This document shows, piece after piece, positions 38,964-52,458 of a stretch of DNA of 64,000 nt. The notes under the pieces were generated by a model. It saw only the letters and a program-made list of their open reading frames with translations, searched no databases and was not told the origin of the DNA. The stretch is taken from positions 32,056,001-32,120,000 of the forward strand of contig NC_058368.1 of the NCBI RefSeq assembly GCF_018350175.1, given 5' to 3'. This stretch comes from Felis catus (taxonomy: Eukaryota). A program made the translations under genes and the position numbers. Within the stretch, counting starts at the first letter, position 1. Every line of letters begins with the position of its first letter.

Positions 38964-39434
38964 TTGGGTGTTTTGACTTTTTCTACAGTATTTTCCATCT
39001 TTAATCCCCTGCTAAGCAAATGATCGGTATTCTTTGAAATATAAAGGTGTGTTCTTTCAATTTTTCTATCCCCACATATTTCCATTTTCTTCCATAGAAA
39101 TAAAATCAAATGGGGACTTCAAGAAAGATGGCAAATTAGGAGAACCCTAAGCTCACATCATTCCAGAGATGCACCTAGATAACACTCACATGAGTTTAAA
39201 TAACCCAGAAAACCAATCTAAGACTGGCAGAACAAACTCTGTGTGACTAAATGTAAAGAAGAGGCCAGATCAAAGAGGGTAGGAAGAGCAGTGAGGAGGT
39301 AAATGAACCCTCAGGATTATCTGAGAGAGCGAGGGACACTGTAGGGTGGAGAGGGGAAACATACTCTCACACCAGGTAGCCCACACAGGGAAGATGAATA
39401 GCCATAACATTTGGCTTTAAAAACCAGAGGGGCT

Positions 39435-39658
39435 GGGGCGCCTGGGTGGCTCAGTCGGTTAAGTGACCGACTTCGGCTCAGGTCATGATCTCCTGCTCTG
39501 TGAGTTCCAGCCCCGCGTTGGGCTCTGTGCTGACAGCTCAGAGCCTGGAGCTTGCTTCGGATCCTGTGTCTCCCTCTCTCTCTGGCCCTCCCCCGTTCAT
39601 GCTCTCTCTCTCTCTCTCAAAAATAAATAAACGTTAAAAAAATTAAAAAAAAAATAGA
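39435..39658 (+). mobile_element. Can-SINE nested in the L1 5' UTR
   Basis: Full body; TSD taaaaaccagaggggc. Confidence 0.96.
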
Positions 39659-39802
39659 TAAAAACCAGAGGGGCCAAATTTTGTGAGTTCTTACACTCAG
39701 TGGAGCTTGACACCTGGAAATTTAAAAATCAGTAAGCTCAGCTCTGGAACAGTTGGGAGGACAAGAAGAAACAGTCCTCATGCTTAAAGAGACAGCCCAA
39801 CA

Positions 39803-40248
39803 GGGGGTGCCTGGGTGGCTCAGTTGGTTAAGTGTCTGACTCTTGATCTTGGCTCAAGTCATGATCTCACAGTGTATGGGATTGAGCCCCACATCCAGCT
39901 TTGTTTTTTTTTTTAATGTTTATTCATTTTTTTATTTTTTTAATGTATGAAATTTATTGTCAAATTGTTTTCATACAACACCCAATGCTCATCCCAAAAG
40001 ATGACCTCTTCAATACCCATCACCTACCCTCCCCTCCCTCCCACCCCCCATCAACCCTCAGTTTGTTCTCAGTTTTTAAGAGTTTCTTACGCTTTGGCTC
40101 TCTCCCACTCTGCCTAAATAACCCACATCCAGCTTTGAACTGACAGTGCAGACCCTGCTTGGAATTCTCTCTCCCTTTCTCTGTGCCCCACCCCTGCTCA
40201 TGCTCTCTCAATCAATCAATCAATCAATCAATAAAACATTTTTTAAAA
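39803..40248 (+). mobile_element. Older Can-SINE nested in the L1 5' UTR, itself interrupted at 39904-40121
   Basis: Head 39803-39903; remainder resumes aactgacagtgcagaccctgcttggaattc with a (TCAA)n tail. Confidence 0.92.
39904..40121 (-). mobile_element. Short 5'-truncated feline L1 (L1_Fc-like) 3' end inserted in a SINE
   Basis: Antisense of aaaactgagaacaaactgagggttgatggggggtgggagggagggg...tttgacaataaatttcat; perfect 16-bp TSD cccacatccagctttg. Confidence 0.92.
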
Positions 40249-40895
40249 GAGTGCAACAAAAAGACAAAGCGCTGTGGAGATGCAAAATAGAAGCAGCAGT
40301 TTGAAAAATGCCGGGGGTGTATAAAAAAGAGATTTGTTTACTAATCTCAGAGCATATTTTAGAAGATTTCTCTAAGAACAAAGGAGCTGCCAGGGACCAT
40401 TTCTCTCTGCTACCCCCAGCCTAGACATATGGACAGCTGTGGTAACCAGCATAGTGCCAACACTGGCTGTGTACCTTGTTAACAGGGTGGCCCACACTTG
40501 TGTTCTCTTGTGGATATGCCTGCTCCAGCCAGGCCTTAGCTCCAGGTCACCTCTCACAGCAGTCCCTCACAGACCTTGCTAACACAGCTTCTCCCACCCC
40601 TGAGGGTCTCCTGCAGTCCTGCCCCCTCAAATACACCTTTGACCAGAGTCTATTCATAGTGGTGATGTAAGCCTGGCAGTGTGCAGTCAGCCCTGAGAAA
40701 GGTCAGCACCACTCTTAAGTGACTCTTAAGTATGTGGAAGATAACCACATACACAGTCTGACTGTGGCCCCATTCTGGGAGCAGACATTTGATCTTACTG
40801 CAGGTTGTGCCCACAAAACTTCTGGAGAACTAGAACTTCTCCAGGAACAATGCAGGGAAAGTGCTCTGCAGTTTTGTGCCACTGCATCTCTGGCA

Positions 40896-41101
40896 GGGTG
40901 CCTGGGTGGCTTAGGGCCTGACAATTGATTTCATCTCAAGTCATGATCTCATGGTTCATGAGTCTGAACCCTGCATCAGGCTTTGTGCTCACAGTGTGGA
41001 GCCTGCTTCTGATTCTGATTCTTTTCCTCCTCTCTCCCCAACCACCTTTCCCACCCCTGCTTAAAAATAAATAAACATTAAAAAATTAAAGAAAAAAAAA
41101 A
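40896..41101 (+). mobile_element. Can-SINE at the L1 internal deletion junction (no TSD)
   Basis: SINE head follows the 5' UTR and its tail abuts ORF2 endonuclease sequence; the flanks share no repeat. Confidence 0.88.
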
Positions 41102-44100
41102 GGACTCATTGCAAACCTAAAACACACGTATATTAAAAGTAAAGGGATGGAAAAAAATATTATGCAAATAGAAGTGGAAAGACTTTAAAACAAAGACTGT
41201 AACAAGAGACAAAGAAAGATGCTATATAATCATAGAGGATGATCCAACAGGAAGATATAACTTTAATTATTTTTGCACCCAACATGAAAGCACCCAAATA
41301 CATAAAGCAGCTATTAACAAACATAAAAGAAGTAATCAATATTAACACAATACTAGTAAGAGATTTAACACCCCACTTGCATCAATGGACAGATCAGATC
41401 ATCCAAACAGAAAATGAACGAGGAAACAGTGGCTTCGAAGGACACATTGGACCAGATGGATCTAACAGATATATTCAGAACATTCTATCCTGCAACAGCA
41501 GATACATATTCTTTTCAAGTGCACATAGAACATTCTCCAGAATAGATCACATGTTAAGCCACAAAGCAACTCACAAAAAATTCAAAAAGATCGAAGTCAT
41601 ACCATACATCTTTTCTGACCACAATACTATGAAGTCAACCTCAAGAAAAAAATCTATAAAGAACAGAAACACATGGAAGTTAAATAACATACTACTAAAC
41701 AATGCATGGATCAACCAAGAAATCAAAAAAGAAATAAAAAAATACATGGAGAATAATGAAAACAAAAACACCATGGTCTAAAATATTTGGGCTGCCACAA
41801 AAGTTGTTCCAAGAGTGAAGTGTAAAGCAATACAGGTTTACCTCACAAAGCAAGAAAAATCTCAGGTAAACAACCTAACTTTACACCTAAAGGAAGTAGA
41901 GAAAGAAGAACAAACAAAACACAAAATTAATAGAAAGAAGGAAATAATAAAGATTACAGCAGAAATAAATAGAAACAAAAAAAATAGAACAGATGAATGA
42001 AACCCAAGAGGTAATTCTTTGAAAAGATCAACAAAATTGATAAACCTTAATCCAGACTCATCAAAGAAAGTAAGTCTCAAATAAAATCAGAAATGAAATA
42101 GGAGAAATAACAGCCAACATCACAGAAATACAAAAGATAAGAGAATATTATGAAAAATTATATGCCAACAAGTTGGACAATCTAGAAGATTCGGATAAAT
42201 ACTTAGAAACGTATAACCTCCCAAAACTGAATCGAAAAGAAATAGAAATTTTAAATAAACCAATTATCAGGAAGGAAATTGAATCAGTAACCAAAAAAAA
42301 CTCCCAAGAAACAAAAGTCCAGGACCAAATGGCTTCACAGGCAAATTCCAGCAAACATTTAAAGAAGAGTTAATGCCTATTCTTCTCAAACTATTCCAGA
42401 AAATAGAAGAAGCAAAACTTCAAATTAATTCCATGATGTCACCATTATCCTAATACCAAAAACAGATAAAAACACCACAAAAAAGAGAACTACAGGCCAG
42501 TGTCTCTGATGAATATACATGTAAAAATCCTCAACAAAATATTGACAAACAGAATCCAGCAATACACTTAAAAAAAAAATCCTTCATCATGATCAAGTGG
42601 GGTTTATTCCTGGAATGCAATGGTGGTTCAATATTTACAAATCAATCAACATGATATATACATCACAAGAGAATGGATAAAAACCAGACAATCATTTCAA
42701 TAGATGCAGAAAAAAAATTTGATAAATGTATGACATCCATTCATGATTAACAAAGCAAAACAAACAAATTGCTTAACAAAGTAGGTGTAGGAACATACCT
42801 CAATGAAATAAAGGCCATATATGAAAAACCCACAGCTAATTATATGCTCAGTGGTGAAAAACAGAGCTATCTCCCTAATGTAAAGAACAAGACAAGAATC
42901 TCCATTCTTATTATTCAACATAGTTCTGGAAGTGGTAGGCACAGCAATCATACCACAAAAAAAAAAAAAAAAAAAAAAAAGAAAAGAAAAAGAAAGAAAG
43001 AAATGTATCCATATTGGTAAATAAGAAGTAAAACTTACACCATTAGTAGTTTACATGATACTATATATATAGAAAATTCTAAAGACCACCAAAAAACTCT
43101 TAGAACCTATACATGAATTCAGTAAGATTGTAAGATACAAAGTCAGTATATAAAACCTGTTACATTTCTATACACTAATAATGAAGTATCAGAAAAAGAA
43201 ATTAAGAAAACAATCTCACTTGTTATTGAACCAAAAATAATAAAATACCTAGGAATAAAATTAACCAAGCAGGTGAAACATCTATACTCTGAAAACTAAA
43301 ATATTGATGAAAGAATTTGAAAACAACACAAAGAAATGGAAAGATATTCCATGTTCATGGATTGGAAGAACAAATATTGTTGAAATGTACACAGCACTGG
43401 AAGCAATCAATAGATTTAATACAATCCCTATCAATATACCAACAGCATTCTTCACAGAACTAAAACAATTAATCCTAAAATTTCTTGAAACCCAAAAAGA
43501 CGCTGAATAGCCATGGCAATCCTGAAAAAGAAGAACAAAACTAGAGGTATCATAAGATACCTGGATTTCAAGATATCCTACAAATCTGTAGTAATTAAAA
43601 CAGTATGGTAATGGCACAAAAATAGGCACATAGGTCAATGGAACAGAATAGAGAGCACAGGAATATACCCACGATTATATGGTCAATTAATCCTATACAA
43701 AGGAGGCAAGAGTATGCAATGGGAGAAAAGACAGTCTCTTCAACAAATGGTTCTGGGAAAACTGAACAGTTACATGAAAAGGAATGGAAGTGGACCACGT
43801 ACTTAAACCATATACAAAAATGAACTAAAAATGGGTTAAGGACCTAAATGTGAAACATGAAACAATAAACATACTACAAGGGAAAACAGACAGTAATTTC
43901 TCTGACATTGGCGATAGCAATTTTTTCTAGGTATGTCTCCTGAGGCAAAGGCAACAAAAGCAAAAATAAACTATTGGAACTACATCATAATTAAAGGTTT
44001 CTGAACAACAAAGGAAACAACGAACAAAACTAAAAGGAAACTGCAGAGTGGGAGAAGATATCTGCAAATGACATATCTGATAAGGGTTAGTATCCAAAAT

Positions 44101-44589
44101 ATATAAAGAACTTCTACAACTCAACACCAGAAAACCAAATAATCCAATTAAAAATGGGCAGAAGACATAAACAGACATTTCTCCAAAGAAGATAATCAGG
44201 TGGTCAACAGACACATGAAAACATGATCAACATAAGTAATCATCAGGGAAATGTAAATCAAAAATACAAAAAGATACCACCTCACAGCTGTCAGAATGAC
44301 TAAAATCAAAAACACAAGAAATAACAAGCGTTGATGAGGATGTGGAGAAAAAGGAACCCTCCTGTACTGTTGGTAGGAATGCAACCTGGTGCAGCTACTG
44401 TGAAAACCAGCATGGCTGTTCCTCAAAGAATTACAAATAGAACTACCATATGGTCTAGTAATTTCACTAGTGGGTATTTACCCAAAGAATATGAAAACAG
44501 TAATTCTAAAAGATACATGCACCCCTGTTTATGGAGTATAATTTACAATAGCTGAGATATGGAAATAACCCAATTTTCTATTCTAGATG

Positions 44590-44634
<45 letters not shown>

Positions 44635-44765
44635 ATTACTCAGCCATAAAAAGGAATGGAATATGGCCATTTGCAACAGCATGGATGGATCTACAGAGTA
44701 CAGTGCTAAGCAAACCAGTCAGGGAAAGAAAAATACCTTATTATGTCACTCATATATGGAACCTA
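41102..44765 (+). pseudogene. L1 ORF2 remnant (endonuclease, reverse transcriptase, C-terminal), with many stops and frameshifts
   Basis: ORF-track peptides FFSSAHRTFSRIDHML...FSDHN (EN), YLETYNLPKLN, IKAIYEKPTA and KWKDIPCSWIGRTNIV are canonical L1 ORF2 motifs. Confidence 0.95.
44592..44632. repeat. (TA)n microsatellite within L1
   Basis: Direct inspection. Confidence 0.95.
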
Positions 44766-45059
44766 AGAAACAAAACAAGTAAATAAAGAAAAAAGACAAA
44801 CAAAAAACCAGACTCTTAACTATAGAGAAGAAAACTGATGGTTAACAGAGGGAAGATGGATGGGAGGATGGGTAGCAGGTGAATGGATTTATGAGTACAC
44901 TTATCACAATGAGCACTATGTAATGTACGGAATTATTGGATCGCTATATTGTACACCTGAAACTACTACAACACTATACATTAATGATACTGAAAATAAA
45001 GGTGAAAAAAAGAAGAAATAAAAGCAGGTGGGAAAATCATTACTAATGTTCTCCCTAAT

Positions 45060-45125
45060 GCTGTACACCTAAACCTACACAGTGTTACAATGTCAATTAT
45101 ATCTCAGTAAAGCTGGAAGTAAAAT
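45060..45125 (+). mobile_element. Very short old L1 3'-terminal fragment
   Basis: tgtacacctaaacctacacagtgttacaatgtcaattatatctcagtaaagctgg. Confidence 0.65.
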
Positions 45126-48100
45126 CCTAGAAGAATACAAATTTTTCAACCTACTATGAATCATTAAAGACATATTATTTTTGTGAGGATTGGAAAAAAA
45201 TTGTGATAATAACGTTCTCCCTAGCCTTTGGTGACTGAGCAGCAAAAAGTTAAATTTGTCTGTTTTTTTTTTTTTTCTGTGGTATAACGTACAACAAATA
45301 TAGGATTTGGTACTTGTCATTTGATATGCTTCTTATCTCCAGAAAATACTGCTTCCTCAACACTTCAGTGTAAGGCTTAAGCACAATCTTTATAAAAATT
45401 GCTATAATCTACAAATATTTTACCCAGGATCACACCCAAGAATGTATATGCAATATCATGAGTCATTTTTAGCAGTCCACTAGTGCTATAGATTAAGATC
45501 CTAAAGAAAATGAAAGTCATGTACTAAATTACAACAGATGAAAACTACATGCACTCAAAAATCATTTTTGGCAACACCTATCTGAAAGTTGTTACTGAAT
45601 TTTGTTACTTAGCAGGATGCTGTCAAATAATTTATTAATAGACAAAAATCAGAGAAGTGAATCAAAAATCTCAGCATGTCCCTTAGACAGCCAACAATCT
45701 GACATCCATGTTAAATTAAACTCCAGACTAAGCTGGAGGAGGATGGTACCCTTCACCCCTATATGCATGACACTCAGATTTGCCATAGCACCCTTATCCT
45801 ATAAGAATTCTGTCAGTATGCTATAGATAATATTAAGTGGTAAGGCAGTATCAGCTGTAAAGACATCACAAATTAGAGTTTTATTAGTGGTTTTAAGTTT
45901 GCAGCTCTAATAGAAAATTTTTTTGAAGAGCAAAAGGAAGAGTGTATGTTCCGTAGACACACTAAAATGCTTTAGGAAGTAATGCATCTTTGTTGTCTCC
46001 AGAAAACTTACATGTAACCTATTATTGTGGAGCATGTGCAGATGGCCTCATTCTCTTTTTGTAAGTAAACCAACAAAAAAAGGTAGACCAAACCAAACCA
46101 ACAAAACTAAACTAAACTAAATATGTTTATGAAGCACAGCTGGAAGCCAAAATGAATTCAATGAGTAGTGTCTGTTACTAAACACAATATAGCTTTCCAT
46201 CACCTATAAAGTAGCTTCTGTTCAATTAAATTCAAGGAAAAACTACATTGATAGAAATAACATGTTTCAATACAATATAATACTAGATGGGTATATAGAC
46301 AGTTGTAATGAAATGATAAAACCGATAAAGTCTTTTATATAACTTAAAGAAGTATTTTGTTTATTTAGATATGCTTTTGTTTTTTACTATTATCAAGCAG
46401 CCAGTAATGGTTCATGATTCTTTATCACAGATATGGCAGCTGAAACTAATATCTGTCTTTATAGTAAATATAATTATATTCAAATTTTATGAAGGAATTT
46501 GAAGACTCCATTTTGTGACTGATTTTTATTTAGCCAATACTGAATATAATTTCTCTGGCTACCCCCCATTTTGGTATTTACAGTAATGTAAATACCTTGA
46601 TAGCAAAGCATGTGGAATCTAAATCAATTGGAATACCATAGATTTGTCAAAACGAAAGAATTTAAAGAAAATAAAACCTCAGCCTAAACAGTTAAAACTC
46701 TGTCAATTTGTAAAATGATGCTAATGAAGTAATATGTAAGACTACAACATATTTAAAGGCTCTTATCCCTGTTCTCAATCAGAAATATAGTGAAGGTCCT
46801 GAGTCCCTCCTTTGTCTTATAGTTTTTTTTTTTATTTTTCCACTTTTATTCTGATTCTATCATAAATTTGTATTAAAATGTCCAAATTTGTATAATCCCA
46901 TTTTCCAAAGTATCAAGATTTGCAGCTTAAAAATGGATTTTGAAACTAGAAAATGTGTGTTACCGCATGGTTTTGTTATTAGTTTGTACTCCAGGAAAAC
47001 AAACAAACAAAACTGCTCTGAGATTCAGTTCTATACTTACAAGAAAGGATACAACAAAAACTGGCATAGAGAATTATTGTAAAAAAAAATGCCAACACAA
47101 AACTGGCATTCCATGTGCTTCTTGATTTAAATTTATATACATTATTTTATTGCAAATTAAAATTAAAACTGGAATGCAAATTTAAAGATATAAGTTGTCT
47201 ACAATTCCATTTGATAATCAAATGTTAACTTTTCACTAATATTTAGTTATTACCTATTGTCAGTGAGTTGGATAAAGTTGTATATTTCATATCTTTACCT
47301 AGCAATATAGTATGTATATAATTCTCCATGTGTGGATAATCCACTAGAAGGAAAAACAAATCTTAAGATTTGCTTCTTAAGAAATTGGGTGAACATAGTT
47401 TCAAACGTTATCTCACATACACCCTGTACAACAGGTTTGTTTCACTGTTGCTGTGTTGTTTGTTTTTGTACAGATTTTTAAAAAATATATCTACCTTATG
47501 CATTTTTTCTGTAATTACCATGGTTTGGTTAATTTAGGCATGACTATATCACATCCATTCAGGTGTCCAAATTATTTTTTCCCTGAATTTACTTCTCTTA
47601 TTAATTATTCTATTCAAAAATCATAACACTAAAACTCTCTTCCTTGACTTGTAACTTTCCTGATTCTTTGTTCATTGACTGGCTACCTTTCAGAAACCAG
47701 ATGTTATCATCTATCATAACAGTTAAAATTGTTACTTTAATTTTAATGATCTGTTTCAGTAATTTCTTTCACATAAACATGCATGTCATTCCAGCTCCAT
47801 GAAAAAAAAATTAATACTGATTTTTATTATGAACTAAGGTAAACATCTCAACTTTTGAAAACACCAGTTGCAGTGATTTATTTAAAGCTACAGCACTTTT
47901 ATATGGAATTGTTTTCTTGGTGGTATATTTTATAACAAAGAGCTAATCAATGAATAATTAAAACACTGTTTTAGGTAGCTGTCAGATAAAGAACAAAGTA
48001 GATACAGGGGAGTATAATTAATTAATATCCTTCAGGCTCCATTGTGCTTTATTTTTTATTTGATATGACAAAAACTTAGAACTGTTTTGATTTCAAATAA

Positions 48101-48952
48101 AGCAAACCAACTTTAGCCTAAGGAGAAAGAGAGAATTTATCATGCGGGTATGGAGGAATCTCATTAAAAGAGGGGGAACACAATATGACCTCAGCCAGAA
48201 GTAGAATCAAGAAACCAAATACTCTTCATCCCTTTTCTTTCCCTTTTTTAGGCTTATCTTTTTTAGTGTTCAGTCACTGTCTTTGTTAAGTGAATTTATG
48301 TTTTCATAGATCAACATGAAGAAAGCGTTTTTGCCAATAACTCTTAACATGATAATTTTGTAGTCAACCTGTTTGCTAGCCTTTGATTAGCCTCCAGTTC
48401 TTGGAGAACTATGTCTGAATGGCCGGCCAGCTAACATCAGGCACTCTATCATGGTCTATTTTCCAAACTTGGCTGTGGAAGTTTTTAAAATGGCAGATCA
48501 TTGAAAAGTTTAGAGATGGGGCCCAGAAATGTAGCAATGGAGCTATAATCTTAAAGAGATCTGGCATACAATGGAGGGGGAAAATTCCCTAATTTGAACA
48601 TAATACATCATTATTTTCTTTACAGGAACCCCAAATAGTCACTTTAACGTAAATTTGTGATTACTACATATCATTATTTTAACACATAACTCAATCTATT
48701 GATAATATATGCACAAAATGCCAAAAGATATAAAATTTTGACAACTTCATATGATTTAACCAATATATTGGACAACATTACAATGTATACATTATCATGT
48801 ACTACATAAATCAATATTAAAATGGCTACCATTGCCAGACATCAATAAATAATCAATTAATTCATTTAACATAAGTTAATTGTGTACATACAATATGACA
48901 AGGGCTAATCTAGGAACTGAGGATACATTATTGAGTAAAACAGACAGACCTC

Positions 48953-49162
48953 GGGACACCTGGGTGGCTCAGTCAGTTAAGCATCCGACTTCAGCTCAGG
49001 TCATGATCACACTGTTCTTGGGTTCAAGCCCTCCGTCGGGCTCTGTGCTGACAGCTCAGAGTCTGGAGCCTGCTTCAGATTCTGTCTCCCTGTCTCTCTG
49101 CCTCTCCCTAGCTCACACTCTGTCTCTCTCTCTCTCAAAAATAAATAAACATTAAAAATATA
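48953..49162 (+). mobile_element. Can-SINE
   Basis: Full body; TSD cagacagacctc. Confidence 0.95.
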
Positions 49163-49629
49163 CCAGACAGACCTCTAACAATATTGTCAGAAAATGTTAA
49201 TATGTACTATGTATTAATCTTATTTCTAATTTATAAAAACATAGTTGGATTTCACTTATTAATATGCCTATGCTCTTTTCTTCATCATTAAATACATTGT
49301 TCTATTGGAGCAGAAGCATTAAAATTCTTAGAATAAAAATAAGTACATATATATAACAGATGAGAAAGAGAATCAGTCTTAAGAGCTGATACGGGTAGAT
49401 TTTTTCATGAGGTAAATAAAAATTAAGGGACATGGCTCTCATGCCAAATTTGTATCAAGTTATTCTAAAATTAAAAAAGCTATGTATCATATAAATATAA
49501 GATCTTGAGCCTTCAGCCTGAAATGTCAATGCTGTTTAAAGTTTGTTTTTTTCAACGAAGCATATTTCTATTGATAGCTTTTAAGGCTTTATTTTGGCAA
49601 AAAACACATATGACATATTTTGTCAATGA

Positions 49630-49950
49630 ACAAAAGAGCAGAAGAGTGAATTTGTTGCTCTTTGCTTTAGCTAGGACATCCATTTTTTCCTGCCCTCAGA
49701 CCTTGGTGCTCATTGTTCTCCAGCCTTTGGACTTGAACCAGGACTTGCACCATTTCTCCCTGCCTCTGTTCCCGCCTTTGCACTTCAACTGAATTACACT
49801 GCTGGCTTTTTTGGTTCCCCAGTAGATGGCAGACTGTGGTTTTTCTCAGCCTCCTTATTTGCATATGCCAATTCCTATAATACATCTCTTCTCTGTCTGT
49901 CTCTACATATTCTATTGTTTCTGTTTCTGTGGAGAACCTTGACAAATATA
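49630..49950 (+). mobile_element. MLT2-type (ERVL) LTR, 3' part
   Basis: ggacatccattttttcctgccctcagac...ctgaattacactgctggc...ctattgtttctgtttctgtggagaaccttgacaaata. Confidence 0.85.
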
Positions 49951-49964
49951 AAGCGGTTCAATTA

Positions 49965-50850
49965 AACTTATGGTTTTCTGCTGGCTGGATCCATCAATGT
50001 CTAATAGAAGAGTGTTGAAATATCCAATACTAATGGTGGATTTATATGTTTCTTCTTGCAGTTTTATCAGTTCTTACCTGATGTATTTTGACACAACATC
50101 ATTAGATGTATTCACTTTAAGAATTGTTATGTCTTCTTGAGGATTGACATTTTATAAATATGTAATGTCCCTTTTTTAAACCTGAAACTTTTCCTTGCTT
50201 GAAGCCAGCTTTGCCTGAAATTAATATTGCTATTCCAGGTTTCTCTTGATCAGCGTTAGCATGGTAGGTATTACTTTTAATCCATCTGTCTTTATATTTA
50301 AAATGGTTTTCTTTGAGATAACATATTATTCAGTTGTTAGGGGGTTTTGTTTGTTTACCTACTCCGTCAATCTCTCTTTTAATAGGTCTTTTCAGACCAT
50401 TCACATTGAAGGTGATTATTGATGTAATTGGACTTGTATTTGCCTTTTTTGTAACCATTCATTGCACTTGCTCATTGTTTCTTTCCCTCCTTTTCTACCT
50501 TCTTTGGTTTTAATTGAGTATATGATCCCATTTTCACTCTTCTCGCATATTAACAATACTTTTTTTTTTTTTAGTGATTGTCCTCAATTTTGCAGTATGC
50601 ATTTACAACTAGTCTATATCCATTTGCCAATAACACTGTACTGCTTCACAGTATGTCAAACATTATTCTCAATTCCCCCCTGATATCCTGTATAACTGCT
50701 GTCATTTATTTCACTTATCTATAAGCTATAGAACATATACCAAAAACATTATTACTATTAAATTGAACAATTTAGCTATTGGATCAGTTAAGACAAATAG
50801 AAGGTTTTTATTTTCATCAATCCTCTTCAAAATTCTAAAATTGTAGATGT
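49965..50850 (-). mobile_element. Old L1 (L1MC/L1MD-like) fragment, ORF2 5' region
   Basis: Antisense motifs gtgttgaaatatccaatactaatggtggattt, aagaattgttatgtcttcttg and agaccattcacattgaaggtgattattgat. Confidence 0.75.
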
Positions 50851-51206
50851 TTCTTCACTATAATTATGTTTAAAATTGTAATAACTTTTTCTTTTGGAAA
50901 AAAATAACCATTGATAATTGTTTAAAAATTTAGAAACGCAAAGTGAAAAACTTACCCTGACCCTACCACCAAAATGATATTATTGTTAAATCATGCATTT
51001 CTCCCCTCAATCTACCAATAGTATGCTTGGCTTCCTTAAATTTTCATGTTAGAGAGTATTCTAGATTATAGAATCTTAAAAACTATTGAATACTACTGAC
51101 TTCAGACTACTGACTTCATACTTGCAAGCAGACTCGTATCTTATACCCAGTTTCAGAATACATTGTAATGAAAGTTGATTTTTAAATATTATATTAAGAA
51201 AGAATA

Positions 51207-51420
51207 GGGGTGCCTGGGTGGCGCAGTCGGTTAAGCGTCCGACTTCAGCCAGGTCACGATCTCGCGGTCCGTGAGTTCGAGCCCCGCGTCGGGCTCTGGG
51301 CTGATGGCTCAGAGCCTGGAGCCTGTTTCCAATTCTGTGTCTCCCTCTCTCTCTGCCCCTCCCCCGTTCATGCTCTGTCTCTCTCTGTCCCAAAAATAAA
51401 TAAACGTTGAAAAAAAAAAA
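51207..51420 (+). mobile_element. Young Can-SINE
   Basis: CpGs intact, homogeneous A-tail. Confidence 0.97.
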
Positions 51421-51560
51421 GAACATGCTTTCTCAACCTAATATTAGAATAAGTAGTTATCAATTACATTACTCCTAATAATCACAATGGGAAAGGACAA
51501 AAATTTTAAGTCAACAGCTAGTGCCAGGTACAGATATATAGATAAAAATATATCTAAGGT

Positions 51561-51780
51561 GGGGAGCCTGGGTGGCGCAGTCGGTTAAGCATCCGACTTC
51601 AGCCAGGTCACGATCTCGCGGTCCGTGAGTTCGAGCCCCGCGCCAGGCTCTGGGCTGATGGCTCAGAGCCTGGAGCCTGTTTCCGATTCTGTGTCTCCCT
51701 CTCTCTCTGCCCCTCCCCCATTCATGCTCTGTCTCTCTCTGTCCCAAAAATAAATAAACGTTGAAAAAAAAAATTAAAAA
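51561..51780 (+). mobile_element. Young Can-SINE
   Basis: CpGs intact; perfect TSD aaaaatatatctaaggt. Confidence 0.97.
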
Positions 51781-52400
51781 AAATATATCTAAGGTGTGAA
51801 GAGATTCTTAACGGTAGAACCACAGGCAATTCTTTTTCAAAGAAAGACAGTTGTTACAGAGGCTCCAAACTACCTTGGGTTTCTGTAATAAAAAGAAGCA
51901 ATAAATCACACCATACATGTTTGATTTCAAAATAAAATCTAATATTCTTAGAGGGTAAAATAGTGAACATTTCTCTTGATTTAAGCTGAGTGTCAGTTAT
52001 TCCTTGAAAGTTAAAGTTAAGTCCTCTGCTTCTTATTGTTTATATATAAACAGCTCTGTAGAACAAAAGAAAATGAACAACCAGTTCATTGGGTGTCCGG
52101 TTTTGGTAATTCCAATTATAATTTATTTTTCTTTTTTAGGAACTACTTTACATACATATATTTATTTAAATGTTGAAATAGTATGAATTCTTTTTTATAA
52201 ACTTACAAACTTTATAAACATAATTGAATATATTCAGACTATTGTGAATTAGTGTATTATCAATAGAAATGATCTATAATTAATTAGCCATCATTTTATA
52301 ATTAAGTTATTTCTTATTTTGGATTTAATGATAGCATTTAATAGATAGCTCTATAGCTGTTTATATTTTTGTACTTTTAATTTAAATAAACTCTTATTTA

Positions 52401-52458
52401 AACTCAGTAAAATTACTCAGTGAAATTAACTCAGTGAAATTAACTCAGTGAAATTACT
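52401..52458. repeat. 14-bp minisatellite (aactcagtgaaatt) x4
   Basis: Units at 52401, 52415 (13 nt), 52428 and 52442. Confidence 0.92.

Larger units (their letters stand above)
39114..45013 (+). mobile_element. Carnivore L1 with both ends and TSDs, ORF1 missing, carrying nested SINE and L1 insertions
   Basis: 5' aagatggc head; ORF2 remnants and 3' UTR; degenerate 19-bp TSD agaaataaaatcaaatggg (39096) / agaaataaaagcaggtggg (45014). Confidence 0.88.

Noticed and set aside
41239..44786. Longest ORFs in the track (180 aa and neighbours) as a host gene
   Set aside because: They are frameshifted L1 ORF2 pieces with canonical EN/RT motifs and many stops.
51076..51747. Recurrent peptides such as QRETEHEWGRGRERGRHRIG and AQSLEPASDSVSPSLS as a protein family
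   Set aside because: They are translations of Can-SINE sequence.
52401..52458. CRISPR-like array
   Set aside because: Units are directly adjacent with no spacers, the context is mammalian, and there are no cas genes.
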